Assembly (NCBI GenBank): GCA_043825735.1
Contig: JBDRRP010000107.1
Coordinates: 62,001-126,000, forward strand
Direction: 5' to 3'
Length of the DNA: 64,000 nt
Source of the DNA: Pseudomonadota bacterium
Lineage (GTDB): Bacteria > Desulfobacterota > Desulfobacteria > Desulfobacterales > JBDRRP01
The first letter of the stretch is position 1; each line of letters starts with the position of its first letter. A program made the position numbers and the translations under genes. The notes below the pieces were generated by a model that saw nothing but the letters and a program-made list of their open reading frames with translations, was not told the DNA's origin and made no database searches. Below, one piece after another: positions 9,827 through 20,246 of this stretch.

Positions 9827-11443
9827 ATGCCCATCGACGTCATCATCATCGCCGATGCCGGAGCATCCAGTTTCTCAGCGACCAATCCGCTGAAGCTCAC
9901 GCTTGATGGATGCACCGCCGACATTCAGACTGTCATGAACTATGTCGAAAACGACGGCCGCATCACACCGCCCGTTGCCGGAGACGGCATCCTGAGTTGG
10001 GCAGCGGCCCCCAAATTGAACGGGATCTCGCTAACCAACGTTCTGTCCAGGCACCACATCCGAGCGGAGATCATCGACAGTTACCTCACCGAGAGAGACC
10101 GGTTCAACGAGATGCTCCTTAAGTCGCCGGCGGCGGTGGTGATTTCAACGACGTTTATCACCGATAAGGAAACCCTCAGAATCATGGCCGCCGACATCCG
10201 CTCTGCAGCGCCGGATATCACCATCATCGCGGGGGGGGCGTTTGTGTATACGTCCTATCTGTTGATGCGGAGATCCTCTGGCAAGGACTACGATACGGAC
10301 TCGGGAAAAAAGCAATTTCTTTTTCTTGAAACCGCGGATGAGCCGGATATCGATCTTTATGTGGTGAGTCTTCGCGGCGAGCGCATTCTGCTGCAGGCGC
10401 TCGAAAACCTGATGCAGAACAGGCCTTACAAGAGCCTACCCAATACTGCGCACCGCTCGGGAGCCGGTTATGACTTCAGCCCCCGCGTCGATGACATCTC
10501 GCGTGTCGAAGATGTGCCGATCGACTGGGATCAGATGCCCGATACCGTATTCCGATCCGGTGTGGTCTCATTACAGGCCAGCACGGGGTGTACTTCCCAC
10601 TGCGCGTTCTGTAATTTTTCAAAAGACCCGCGGATGAACCGCATCAAACCCCTTGATGAGATGGTCGCTGAGATGAAGGCCGTTGCACGGCGGGGTGTGA
10701 AATACGTTTGGTTTACGGACGACAACTTTCGGCTGGGGCGAAAAGATCTTGCCGCCGTATGCCGGCGCATAGCCGAGGAAGGGCTTGGCCTCAAGTGGAT
10801 GACCTTCATCCGGGCCGGCGCCATCGAGGATGTGGATGTGCAGCTCCTGGTCGAGGCCGGCTGCACGGAGGTCCAGATGGGATTGGAATCGGGAGACCCA
10901 CAGGTTCTGAAAAACATGAACAAAATGGCAGACCCGGCACTCTACGACAGGGTGCTGCGCAAACTACTTTCCGCCGGTATCAACTGCTCATGCTATTTTC
11001 TGTTCGGTTTTCCCGGAGAGACGGCCGAAACTGCCCGCCGGACGCGAGCGTTTTTAAAGGCGCTGGACGCATTGCCCTATGACGGCAGCCTCTCGTGGTC
11101 GCTGTTTCCCTTCTTTCTCATCCCCATGAGTCCTGTTTATGAGCCAGAGATGCGGAAAATCTACGGTTTGACCGGTTACATGGAACACTGGCGGCACCGG
11201 ACCATGGATTCGAAAACCGCCAGCCGGGAGCTCATTGCGACATTTCTTGCCCTTGAGAACTCGGGCCCCATTTATCGCGGCGACAACCTGGATATTCTTG
11301 AACGGCTCGGAACCGCCGTTCGGAAGCGATTTCATGCTGCCCGTCACGCACTTTCCAAACAGGCCTACCGGGGGTCTCTGGACCCGGTGGACGTCATCAG
11401 GGCGTTCCGGGCCGTGCTCCCCTCAGATGTTTTCAAAAAATGA
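9827..11443 (+). CDS. B12-binding-domain radical SAM protein (class B methylase-like)
   Basis: CTSHCAFC (CxxxCxxC), FTDDNF, GLESGD, GFPGET; N-terminal cobalamin-binding-like region (IIAGG); GGAGG SD. Confidence 0.9.
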   Translation: MPIDVIIIADAGASSFSATNPLKLTLDGCTADIQTVMNYVENDGRITPPVAGDGILSWAAAPKLNGISLTNVLSRHHIRAEIIDSYLTERDRFNEMLLKSPAAVVISTTFITDKETLRIMAADIRSAAPDITIIAGGAFVYTSYLLMRRSSGKDYDTDSGKKQFLFLETADEPDIDLYVVSLRGERILLQALENLMQNRPYKSLPNTAHRSGAGYDFSPRVDDISRVEDVPIDWDQMPDTVFRSGVVSLQASTGCTSHCAFCNFSKDPRMNRIKPLDEMVAEMKAVARRGVKYVWFTDDNFRLGRKDLAAVCRRIAEEGLGLKWMTFIRAGAIEDVDVQLLVEAGCTEVQMGLESGDPQVLKNMNKMADPALYDRVLRKLLSAGINCSCYFLFGFPGETAETARRTRAFLKALDALPYDGSLSWSLFPFFLIPMSPVYEPEMRKIYGLTGYMEHWRHRTMDSKTASRELIATFLALENSGPIYRGDNLDILERLGTAVRKRFHAARHALSKQAYRGSLDPVDVIRAFRAVLPSDVFKK

Positions 11444-11496
11444 TCCCCGCTTAGTCACTGCTCTCAGGGTAGACCGATTCGCAGCACTGAATGTAA

Positions 11497-11580
11497 ACCA
11501 CGAAGGACACGAAGCGCACGAAGAAAACCCAGAAAACAGGAGGGTTATAATACCTTCGTGTTCTTCGTGCACTTCGTGGT
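11497..11580. repeat. short palindromic intergenic element (REP/MITE-like)
   Basis: ACCACGAAGGACACGAAGCGCACGAAG ... CTTCGTGTTCTTCGTGCACTTCGTGGT: three CACGAAG units inverted, between convergent genes. Confidence 0.8.
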
Positions 11581-11592
11581 GATCAATAAATG

Positions 11593-12903
11593 CTACGCTT
11601 TTTTAGGCAGCACCAGGTTGAGTACGACGCCGAGAATGCCGGCAAGACCGATGCCGCCCAGGGTGAATTCGCCGATGGAGAGCACCATGCCGCCGATGCC
11701 GCAGACCAGAATCAGCGCCACGATGGACAGATTGCGGGCTTCGGTGAGATCTTCGCCGGCTCTGACCAGCGTATTGAGTCCGATCACCGTGATGGCGCCA
11801 AAGAGCAGCAGCATGATACCGCCCATGACCGGCACCGGAATCGTCTGCAGCAGGGCGCCGACCTTGCCGATGAAGGCCAGCAAGATGGCGAAGATGGCCG
11901 CCCAGGTCATGATGCCGGGATTGAAGGCCCGCGTGAGGGTGACCGCGCCGGTCACCTCCGAGTAGGTCGTGTTGGGCGGCCCGCCAAGAAACGACGCTAA
12001 CGATGTGGCGATGCCGTCACCCATCATCGTGCGGTGGATGCCCGGGTTTTTCACAAAATCCTTTCCGGTGACGTTGCCGATGGCCAGGATGTCCCCGAAG
12101 TGTTCTATGGCCGGTGCAATCGCCACCGGTACGATGAAGATAATCGCCTCAAGGTTCCATGTCGGTAGGGTGAACTTGGGAACGGCAAACCACGGGGCGT
12201 CCGCCAGGGGTTTGAAGCTCACCAGGGCCGGCGCCGTGTAATTGCCCAGTTTGCCCGGGTCGAAGGCGGCCTGGACGGCCGCGGAGATCCCGGCGGCATC
12301 GAGCACCACTGCAGTGATATAGCCGGCGAGTACGCCGATGAGGATGGGTATCAGTTTGAACCACCCTTTGCCCAGCAGGGAGGCGACGATGGTGGTGAGC
12401 AGCGATACCCCCGCCACGATCATCGCGGTTTTTCCCGGGACCAGCCATGCGGCGCCGTTGCCGGTGCGTCCCATGGCCATGTGGACGGCCACCGGTGCCA
12501 GAACGAGCCCGATCACCATGATGACTGGTCCGACTACGACCGGAGGCAGTACTTTGTGAAGAAACTCAGGACCGAAGGCTTTGATGCAAAGGCTCAGCGC
12601 GATGTAGACAACGCCCGCCGCCACCAGACCGCACATGGTGCCGGGAATGCCCCATGTCTGCACCCCGTAAATGATGGGGGCGATGAAGGCAAATGATGAG
12701 GCAAGGAAAATGGGGACCATTCTTTTTGTGATGGCCTGGAAGATCAGTGTGCCGGCCCCGGCGGTGAACAGCGCCACATTGGGATCCAGCCCGGTAAGCA
12801 GGGGGACCAGCACCAGTGCGCCGAAGGCGACAAAAAGCATCTGCGCGCCCAGAAGGGCGTCTTTGGGCTGAAAACGGTATTCGGTTGAATGGACATCGCT
12901 CAT
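11593..12903 (-). CDS. uraA: uracil permease (NCS2 family)
   Basis: QMLFVAFGALVLVP, PIFLASSFAFI, EHFGD, PNTTYSE; directly downstream of upp. Confidence 0.93.
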   Translation of the reverse strand: MSDVHSTEYRFQPKDALLGAQMLFVAFGALVLVPLLTGLDPNVALFTAGAGTLIFQAITKRMVPIFLASSFAFIAPIIYGVQTWGIPGTMCGLVAAGVVYIALSLCIKAFGPEFLHKVLPPVVVGPVIMVIGLVLAPVAVHMAMGRTGNGAAWLVPGKTAMIVAGVSLLTTIVASLLGKGWFKLIPILIGVLAGYITAVVLDAAGISAAVQAAFDPGKLGNYTAPALVSFKPLADAPWFAVPKFTLPTWNLEAIIFIVPVAIAPAIEHFGDILAIGNVTGKDFVKNPGIHRTMMGDGIATSLASFLGGPPNTTYSEVTGAVTLTRAFNPGIMTWAAIFAILLAFIGKVGALLQTIPVPVMGGIMLLLFGAITVIGLNTLVRAGEDLTEARNLSIVALILVCGIGGMVLSIGEFTLGGIGLAGILGVVLNLVLPKKA

Positions 12904-12928
12904 TAACTTCTCCTCTTGCGAACTGGCG

Positions 12929-13555
12929 CTATTTCGTGCCGAAAATCTTGTCCCCGGCATCGCCCAACCCGGGAATGATATACCCGATATCGTTTAGTTT
13001 TTCGTCGATCGCCGCCACGTAGATATCCACGTCCGGGTGGGCGGCCTCAAGTCGCTTCAGTCCTTCCGGCGCCGCCACCAGAAACAGACCCCGGATTTGC
13101 AGACAACCGGCGCGCTTGAGCATGTCGATGGTGGCGATGAGGGTGCCGCCGGTGGCCAGCATGGGGTCGAGGATCAGGGCGATACGCTCTTCCATCTGAC
13201 TGGTCATTTTTTCGTAGTACCGCACCGGTTCAAGGGTGTCTTCATTGCGATAAAGACCCACCACGCTGACTTTGGCCGAAGGGATCAGCTGGAGGACGCC
13301 GGTCATCATTCCCAGGCCGGCCCTGAGGATGGGGACAACGGTGATTTTTTTGCCTTTGATGCGCTCGACGGTGACCGGACCGGCCCACCCCTGGATGGTC
13401 CTGTTTTCCATTTCCAGGTCCTTGGTGGCTTCGTAGGTCAAAAGACTGGCCAACTCCGAGGCAAGATCACGAAAATCCTTGGTTGAAATATCATCCTGGC
13501 GCATCAGACCGAGTTTGTGCCGGATGAGGGGATGGGTAACGACCATAACGGGCAT
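12929..13555 (-). CDS. upp: uracil phosphoribosyltransferase
   Basis: [40 protein letters not shown]. Confidence 0.98.
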   Translation of the reverse strand: MPVMVVTHPLIRHKLGLMRQDDISTKDFRDLASELASLLTYEATKDLEMENRTIQGWAGPVTVERIKGKKITVVPILRAGLGMMTGVLQLIPSAKVSVVGLYRNEDTLEPVRYYEKMTSQMEERIALILDPMLATGGTLIATIDMLKRAGCLQIRGLFLVAAPEGLKRLEAAHPDVDIYVAAIDEKLNDIGYIIPGLGDAGDKIFGTK

Positions 13556-13912
13556 GGGGCCTCCTTATCGTAAGGGTGTGCACTGGGCCTTCGGGCGGGG
13601 GACGGACAAGCCTCTTCCGGGGGACGCAAAATACCGTCACCCGTCACTGTGCAGGAGCCAGCAAGTGCTTAACCGTGGTCCGTTGAAGTCTCGGAGGTGA
13701 AATCGGAAAGGGGAGTCTGCTCACACCGCCGCCGCCAATTTGTGGGCAGGTCTATATGCAAAATGATGGGGTGTGTCAATAGAACACACCCCATATGATG
13801 CGTTTCGCATTCAGCAAGTTTCTGGAAACCGGCGTGCAATACCCCGCGGGCATCCTTAATGTCTCAGGCGCACACGTGCCCTGAGGGCCGGCGGCTGTTT
13901 TTCAACAGCCGA

Positions 13913-14218
13913 CTAGAAGCTTCCCAAAGGGCGGACAAAGGTGTATTTTGCCGGTTCAACCACCAGGGCCTGGCCGGCTGCATCAATGTTTCCGCCGGCT
14001 GCGGAAAACGGGGCGGAAATGACGTATACACAGGCTCCCAGAACCATTCCGACAAAACTGGCCGGGCGCAGCAGCAGAACATCCGCTGTCATGGATTCTG
14101 CGGTTGGTTCGATCTGTTTGACAGAGGGGTTTCGGGCCAGCGCGGGCTGCGCCAGGGTCAGCAGCAACACGGCAGCGCAGAGCACACAGATTACCGTACG
14201 ACGGGAAATTGGGCGCAT
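13913..14218 (-). CDS. small exported hypothetical protein
   Basis: AAGGAGG SD, N-terminal signal-peptide-like segment, C-terminus LVVEPAKYTFVRPLG. Confidence 0.75.
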   Translation of the reverse strand: MRPISRRTVICVLCAAVLLLTLAQPALARNPSVKQIEPTAESMTADVLLLRPASFVGMVLGACVYVISAPFSAAGGNIDAAGQALVVEPAKYTFVRPLGSF

Positions 14219-14469
14219 ATTGTCCTCCTTGGATAGTATCCGATTGAAAGGCCCCGCCGATTTGCTCATGATGAAACCCCCATATCTGGTTGGCACGGCA
14301 TGTGAGGCATACCAGATAGTGTTGGTGGTCGGGGCGAAAACAGCATAAATACCCGATATTGATAAAAAAATACGGTAGTCAGGCGCCGATGTCAAGGAAA
14401 AAGACCATTTGGCGGCCGGCTACCCGCAGCTCCGGCGGAATTGTTTTTTGCGGCTATGAGAGGCCAACG

Positions 14470-16908
14470 ATGACCGAGGCCCATATCGAAGTGGCGGTGG
14501 TGCTTCCGCTCCACAGCACATTCACCTACCACGTACCCGATCACCTCCGGCTCGGACTGCACATCGGCAGTCGGTTGCTGGTGCCTTTCGGGCGTCGGCG
14601 GGTATCCGGTTTTGTGCTGGGGGCGGCTTCTGCCGACCCTGCCATGGGTATCCGTGATGTCATATCGGTACTCGACGACATTCCGCTCTTTCCTGAATCG
14701 ATGGTGCCCCTGTTCCGCTGGGCGGCCAGCTACTATCTTTATCCCATCGGTGAAGTGATCAAAACCGCCCTGCCCGGAGGGATCGGTGTATCCGAGACGA
14801 CGCTTTACACGCTGCTCGATGCCGGCAGGGATGCGCTGGCGCAAGGGCAGGGTGCCCCCCCGGACCAGGCCATTCTCAATGCCCTGAAGTCCCGGCCCTT
14901 GAATCGGCGGCAAATCAGCAGTGCGTGTGCTGCCCAGGTCCGCAGAGACCGGATGCACGCGATGGTCGCCCGGGGCTGGGTGACGGCAGAGCAGGGGCGA
15001 TGCGGGGACCGCGTACGTACGAAGCGTATTGCCATGGTGGGTCTTCCGGCGGCAGCCACGGCATTTTCACCACTGACCCTTTCGGCCAAACGCCGGCAGG
15101 TGGTGCAGACCCTTTCCGAGTTGGAAACCGTCTCCATTCCGGATCTGTGCCGTGCGGCCGGTACAACGGCCTCGCTGATCCGGCAGATGATTGCCGCCGG
15201 ACAACTCACACTGATGGAAACCGCGGTGTATCGGGATCCCTTCGGCGATGCCGTCACACCGGATGAGGATCTGGAACTCAACGGCGAGCAGCAAGTGGCT
15301 TTGGACACGGTCGCCGAGCGCCTCAACGCGGGTTTTCATCCCTTTTTGCTGGCCGGTGTGACCGGAAGCGGAAAGACCGAGATTTATCTGCAACTGGCCC
15401 GGCGCATGCTGGACGCCGGGCGCTCGGTGGTGGTGCTGGTTCCTGAGATCGCCCTCATTTCACAGATGGAGCGACGGTTTAGGGCGCGATTGGCCGAGCG
15501 CATCGCGGTATTGCACAGCGGGCTTTCCGACGGTGAGCGCTACGACCAGTGGATGATGATTCGCCGGGCCCCGGCCACTGTGGTCGTCGGTGCCCGGTCA
15601 GCCATCTGGGCGCCGGTAGCGAACCTCGGACTCATCATCGTCGATGAGGAGCATGACGGCTCCTACAAGCAGGACGGGGGGCTCAGATACAACGGGCGGG
15701 ATCTGGCCGTGGTGCGGGCGCGCCAGACCGGTTGCCCGGTGATTCTGGGCTCGGCCACGCCGTCGGTGCAGTCCGTCCACAACGCCGCCACCGGAAAGTA
15801 CACCGAACTGCGCTTGACGCGGCGCGTGGCCGAGCGCCCCCTGCCGGAGATTCGAATCGTGGATCTCAAAACGATCCGTGACGAGCGGGGCATCCGCCGC
15901 CATCTTTCAGAGCCGCTGCGCACGGCCATCCGTGAAACCCTGGATCGGGGGCAGCAGTCCCTGCTGTTTCTCAACCGGCGCGGTTATGCCACCTACCCGG
16001 TCTGCAGCGCCTGCGGCACCGCCATCCGGTGCCGGCATTGCGACATTACGCTGACCCTGCACCGGGGGGCCGGGCGCTACCGCTGTCATTACTGCGGGTT
16101 TTCCCTGCCGGCCGCGGCGCCCTGCTCCCAGTGCGGTTCCGACAGGATGCTGGGACTGGGGTTGGGTACGGAGAAGCTTCAGGAGGCCGTTGCCGCATTG
16201 TACCCGGACGCTCGGGTGGAACGGATGGACCGGGACACGACCGCACGCAAGGGAAGTCTGCTCAAAATGCTCCGGCAACTACGCCGGGGGGACATCGATA
16301 TCCTCATCGGCACCCAGATGGTGGCCAAAGGGCACGATTTTCCCAACATCACGCTGGTGGGGATCGTCTGTGCGGATGTCACGCTGAGCGTGCCCGATTT
16401 TCGCGCCGGAGAGCGCACCTTTCAACTGCTGGCCCAGGTGGCGGGTCGCACCGGCCGCGGCGATGTGCCCGGGCGCGTCGTGCTGCAGACCTTCAATCCC
16501 GACCATTTCACCATTACCGCCGCCCGGACGCAGGATTTCCGTGTGTTTTACCGCGAAGAAATCGAGCACCGGAAGATGCTGGCCTATCCGCCCTTCACGC
16601 GTCTGGTGCTTCTTGAAATCTCCGGGACCATTCCTGAGCAGACTGCGGAGACCTCCGAGCGCATGGGACGGGCGTTGCGCGCCATGGTGACCGGCAGCAG
16701 TCAGTTCTCACAGTTGGCGGTACTGGGTCCGGTGGAAGCCTCACTGGCACGGATCGCCGGTCGCCACCGATGGCATATTCTGCTCAAAGGCCGACATGCC
16801 GGCACTCTGAACCGGTTGATGCGGACCATGATGAGCGAGAATGCCAATCTGTTTCAGGATTCAAAGGTGCGGGTGGTCACCGATATGGATCCGATGGCCA
16901 TGGCTTGA
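14470..16908 (+). CDS. priA: primosomal protein N' (replication restart helicase)
   Basis: GVTGSGKTE, DEEHD, LNRRGY, four CxxC zinc motifs, GTQMVAKGHDF, QVAGRTGR. Confidence 0.97.
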   Translation: MTEAHIEVAVVLPLHSTFTYHVPDHLRLGLHIGSRLLVPFGRRRVSGFVLGAASADPAMGIRDVISVLDDIPLFPESMVPLFRWAASYYLYPIGEVIKTALPGGIGVSETTLYTLLDAGRDALAQGQGAPPDQAILNALKSRPLNRRQISSACAAQVRRDRMHAMVARGWVTAEQGRCGDRVRTKRIAMVGLPAAATAFSPLTLSAKRRQVVQTLSELETVSIPDLCRAAGTTASLIRQMIAAGQLTLMETAVYRDPFGDAVTPDEDLELNGEQQVALDTVAERLNAGFHPFLLAGVTGSGKTEIYLQLARRMLDAGRSVVVLVPEIALISQMERRFRARLAERIAVLHSGLSDGERYDQWMMIRRAPATVVVGARSAIWAPVANLGLIIVDEEHDGSYKQDGGLRYNGRDLAVVRARQTGCPVILGSATPSVQSVHNAATGKYTELRLTRRVAERPLPEIRIVDLKTIRDERGIRRHLSEPLRTAIRETLDRGQQSLLFLNRRGYATYPVCSACGTAIRCRHCDITLTLHRGAGRYRCHYCGFSLPAAAPCSQCGSDRMLGLGLGTEKLQEAVAALYPDARVERMDRDTTARKGSLLKMLRQLRRGDIDILIGTQMVAKGHDFPNITLVGIVCADVTLSVPDFRAGERTFQLLAQVAGRTGRGDVPGRVVLQTFNPDHFTITAARTQDFRVFYREEIEHRKMLAYPPFTRLVLLEISGTIPEQTAETSERMGRALRAMVTGSSQFSQLAVLGPVEASLARIAGRHRWHILLKGRHAGTLNRLMRTMMSENANLFQDSKVRVVTDMDPMAMA

Positions 16909-16994
16909 CACTGATGGGGGCATTGCCTACTGTACTGGGTCGGTTGTTGTCACCGGATATCGTTAATTTTTTAAACAAAGAGAGGATGCTTCCC

Positions 16995-17705
16995 ATGACA
17001 TCCGTTAAGAGGTGGTTCGCTGTCGCCGCGATTTTGCTGCTGGCGGTGGCGACGGCGGTTGCCGGCCCAGCGGTGCCGGGTTCGCGGCCGCAGATCCATT
17101 TTCCGGATCAGAGTCATTTATTTCCACCGGTGATCGAAGGCGACACCGCCGCTCACGATTTTGTGATTGAAAACTATGGGACGGCGCCGTTGGAGATTAT
17201 CCGGGTGCGCACCGACTGAGGATGCACTGCCACCGATTATGACAGGCAGATCCCTGCCGGCGGCAGGGGAAAAATAACGGTAAGCGTCAGCACCTCGGGG
17301 CATGGCGGCACCACTTTGCGTAAACGGGTGACAGTATTTTCAAATGATCCGCAGCGGCCGGAAACGACCCTGAACATTCAGATTCCTGTGGCACCGGCGA
17401 TTCTGGTCGTCCCCGACCGTATCCGATTTGACGGCACTGCCGGAGACCCGCTGATGGTCCAGGTGCGCATTTCTCCGGCGCCGGGCCTTTCAGTGAATTT
17501 TACCGCGGTGCATGCCCGGTTCGGGAAAGATATCCAGTTCACCCTGGATCCACTGCCCGGCGCATCGCCGCCGGTCTTCTTGCTCACGGTGACGTGTACC
17601 GTGGCTGGGCCCGGGCGGGTGGAGGACACGATCACCATCTTCACCGACAGCCCCAGGAAACCGAAGATCTCCATACCGGTCTCCGGTTTCATCCAACAAC
17701 GATGA
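16995..17705 (+). CDS. secreted DUF1573-like Ig-fold protein with in-frame UGA (predicted selenoprotein, U-G-C)
   Basis: ORFs ending at 17219 and starting at 17316 are in the same frame; TGA 17217-17219 in ...VRTD-U-GCTA... sits at the first Cys of the family CGC motif; homology-like sequence continues (IPAGGRGKI...KRVTVFSNDP); signal peptide. Confidence 0.85.
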
Positions 17706-17715
17706 CAGGATTGCC

Positions 17716-18339
17716 ATGAAAGCGCCGGTCTACGACGCCGTCATCTTCGATTGTGACGGCGTCATGTTCGATACCACCGAGGCCAACCAGGCCTATTACA
17801 ACGCCGTGCTCTCGCATTTCGGCAAACCGCTGCTGACGCCCTCGCAGTTTGCCTATATCCATTCCCACACGGTGGATGACAGTATCGCCCACCTTTTTGA
17901 GGCGCCGGAGGCCGCAGCAAACGCGCACGCGTACCGCAAAGCCATGAGCTACCTGCCGTTTATCACGCACATGCAACCGGAGCCGGGTCTGGTGCCGCTG
18001 CTGACGCGTCTCAGGCCCGCCTGCCGCACCGCCATCGCCACCAACCGTACCGACACCATGGCCCGCGTGCTGGCGCAGTTCGGTCTCACCGCGCTGTTCG
18101 ATATGGTGGTGTGCGCCCACGACGTGCCGCGGCCCAAACCGGCGCCGGATCCATTGATGCACATTCTCGCCGCCTTCGGGATAGAACCCGGGCAGGCGCT
18201 GTTCATCGGCGATTCGGCGGTGGACGAAGGGGCCGCGGCGGCGGCCGGCGTGCCGTTCGCCGCCTATGCCAATCCTTCCCTGAACGCCGAATACCACGTC
18301 AACCGCCTGTCGCAGATCGCCGACATCTGCTTTCCATAA
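17716..18339 (+). CDS. HAD-family hydrolase (phosphoglycolate phosphatase-like)
   Basis: IFDCDGV, ATNR, KPAPD, IGDSAVD. Confidence 0.92.
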   Translation: MKAPVYDAVIFDCDGVMFDTTEANQAYYNAVLSHFGKPLLTPSQFAYIHSHTVDDSIAHLFEAPEAAANAHAYRKAMSYLPFITHMQPEPGLVPLLTRLRPACRTAIATNRTDTMARVLAQFGLTALFDMVVCAHDVPRPKPAPDPLMHILAAFGIEPGQALFIGDSAVDEGAAAAAGVPFAAYANPSLNAEYHVNRLSQIADICFP

Positions 18340-18371
18340 ACGCTCCAGCGCGCTGTTCAAAGGAGAAAAAT

Positions 18372-19775
18372 ATGGCCACCGCTCCCCTTACGATTCGCGG
18401 CGATGCCGTCGCCGAGGTTATCGCCGCCCGTTTTTCTGACCGCCAGGCCATCAACTGCTATATCGGATCCAATGCCGCCACCCCCACCAGCCTCATCGAA
18501 TCTTTGACACGATCGGTGACCGCGGGCACGCCGTCGCTGCCGTTCATGAGGATGGTCCACATCCTCCTGCAGGGGCCGGTGCCGTATGTGGCCGAGGGAC
18601 TCCAGGACCGCATCCAGGCCTATTCCATATTTTCCGGAGGGGAGGTCCGACAGGCGGCCAATCAGGGGCGTGCCTTCTACTTGCCGTGCACCCTGGCAGG
18701 CATCGCCGGCCTGCTGGGTCATGGCCAGCGCTACCAGCCCGATGTGGTGCTCATGAAAGTCTCCCAGCACCCGTTGACCGGTGAATACAGCCTCGGCTTG
18801 TCCGTGGAGGCCATGCACACGGCCATCGATCACGCCAAGATCGTCATCGCCGAGCTGGACCCCTCAATGCCCTTCACCCAGGGCCAGAGCCTGGTGGATC
18901 AGCAGTCCATCGATTTTCTCGTCACCGAAGGCGTAAAGCCGGTCTACACCTTCGATGCGCCCGATTTCGACAACCTGCCGCCGGCCGAGCGGCGCATCGG
19001 CGCTCTGATCACGGAGCACTTCATCCGGGACGGGGTGACCCTGCAGGTGGGCATCGGAAAAATCCCGGACGCCGTGGTGGGTACTATCCGCGACGCCGCG
19101 CCCAAAGACCTGGGGGTTCAGACCGAGCTCTACGGCGACGGCCTGATGCTGCTCCAGCAGGCGGGCATTGTGACCAACCGCCGGAAAAAAGCCAATATGG
19201 GCTACAGCACCACCAGCCTTGTCATGGGCTCCCAGGCGCTTTACGACTACGTGAACCAGCGCTCCGGGGTGCAGATGCGGCCGTGCGCCTACACCAACGG
19301 CTACGAGACCATCCGCCAAAACCGTCCCTTCATTTCAATCAACACCGCCATGGGGATCGATCTGTTCGGCAACGTCTGGGCCGATTTCGTGGACCCTCGG
19401 CGATACTACAGTGGGGTCGGGGGGCAGCCCGACTTCATCCGGGCGGTTAACGATCCGGCCATCGGCACCCCCATCATCGCCATCAAAAGCATTACCGAAA
19501 AAGGGGCTTCCAAAATCGTTCCCATGCACCCGGCGGGGATCAGTCTCACTGCGTCGGCCTATGACGGGCTGGTGCTGGTCACCGAATACGGCATCGCCGA
19601 CCTGCGGGGCCTGACCCTGGGCAACAAGGCGCTGGCCATCGCCTGCGTGGCCCACCCTAGCGCGCGGGAGGCGATGCTCAAACAGATTCATGACGATCCC
19701 ATTTTCACCAAACCGCGGTTTTACCGGCCGGGGCAGACGCCCTACGGCGTGATTTTGCCTGAGGGGAGGGGCTGA
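18372..19775 (+). CDS. acetyl-CoA hydrolase/transferase family (4-hydroxybutyrate CoA-transferase-like)
   Basis: TLQVGIGKIPDAV, LGVQTE, SGVGGQPDF, VTEYGIADLRG. Confidence 0.9.
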   Translation: MATAPLTIRGDAVAEVIAARFSDRQAINCYIGSNAATPTSLIESLTRSVTAGTPSLPFMRMVHILLQGPVPYVAEGLQDRIQAYSIFSGGEVRQAANQGRAFYLPCTLAGIAGLLGHGQRYQPDVVLMKVSQHPLTGEYSLGLSVEAMHTAIDHAKIVIAELDPSMPFTQGQSLVDQQSIDFLVTEGVKPVYTFDAPDFDNLPPAERRIGALITEHFIRDGVTLQVGIGKIPDAVVGTIRDAAPKDLGVQTELYGDGLMLLQQAGIVTNRRKKANMGYSTTSLVMGSQALYDYVNQRSGVQMRPCAYTNGYETIRQNRPFISINTAMGIDLFGNVWADFVDPRRYYSGVGGQPDFIRAVNDPAIGTPIIAIKSITEKGASKIVPMHPAGISLTASAYDGLVLVTEYGIADLRGLTLGNKALAIACVAHPSAREAMLKQIHDDPIFTKPRFYRPGQTPYGVILPEGRG

Positions 19776-19783
19776 AGCCGCTT

Positions 19784-20005
19784 TCACTGGTTGCCGAGGC
19801 CGTTTTGCGCCCCGCAGTCCGGGCATTGCCAGGTGATCCCGTTGCACGACATGCCCCAGAAGTTTTCTTCCATGCATTCCTGGCAGATCCCGAACCCGCA
19901 GCGGCAGGCCCAGCAGAAGACCCCCGCGGTACCGCACAGATGACAGCTGGTTGGCTTTTTTTGACGGCGCTGCCGGTATGCCGTGTCTGGGCGTTCGGAT
20001 GTCAT
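19784..20005 (-). CDS. small Cys-rich putative zinc-binding protein
   Basis: 73 aa with 10 Cys (CHLC, CWACRC, CQEC, C, CPDC); GAAGGGG SD-like upstream. Confidence 0.7.
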   Translation of the reverse strand: MTSERPDTAYRQRRQKKPTSCHLCGTAGVFCWACRCGFGICQECMEENFWGMSCNGITWQCPDCGAQNGLGNQ

Positions 20006-20246
20006 TGGAATACTTCCCCTTCGGGTTCTGCGTTGCCGATGTGACGGGTGATTTCCTGCGCGCTAGTGAGCATCCTGCCCGTTGGCATGGGGATCGCTTC
20101 CTTGTTGACGGGTCGGGTACGTGGTATGTCTCGTTCTAAAAGGGCCAAAAGGGTCCATAAACCAGCCTCTATCTTGAGTCAAGACACACCGGTGAGCCCG
20201 GGTGCCGTGGTGGCTCTCGCCCGTTTCCCAGGCAACAGGATATGAC

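Noticed and set aside
11497..11580. CACGAAG repeats as a CRISPR array
   Set aside because: Units are 7-9 nt, inverted, without spacers; no cas genes in the window.
13600..13660. GGGACGCAAA resembling a c-di-GMP-I riboswitch; on the other strand CCGGAAGAGGCT resembling a PyrR site in the upp leader
   Set aside because: The riboswitch-like match faces away from upp and lacks the GNRA-capped P2. The PyrR-like match is loose and I see no terminator.
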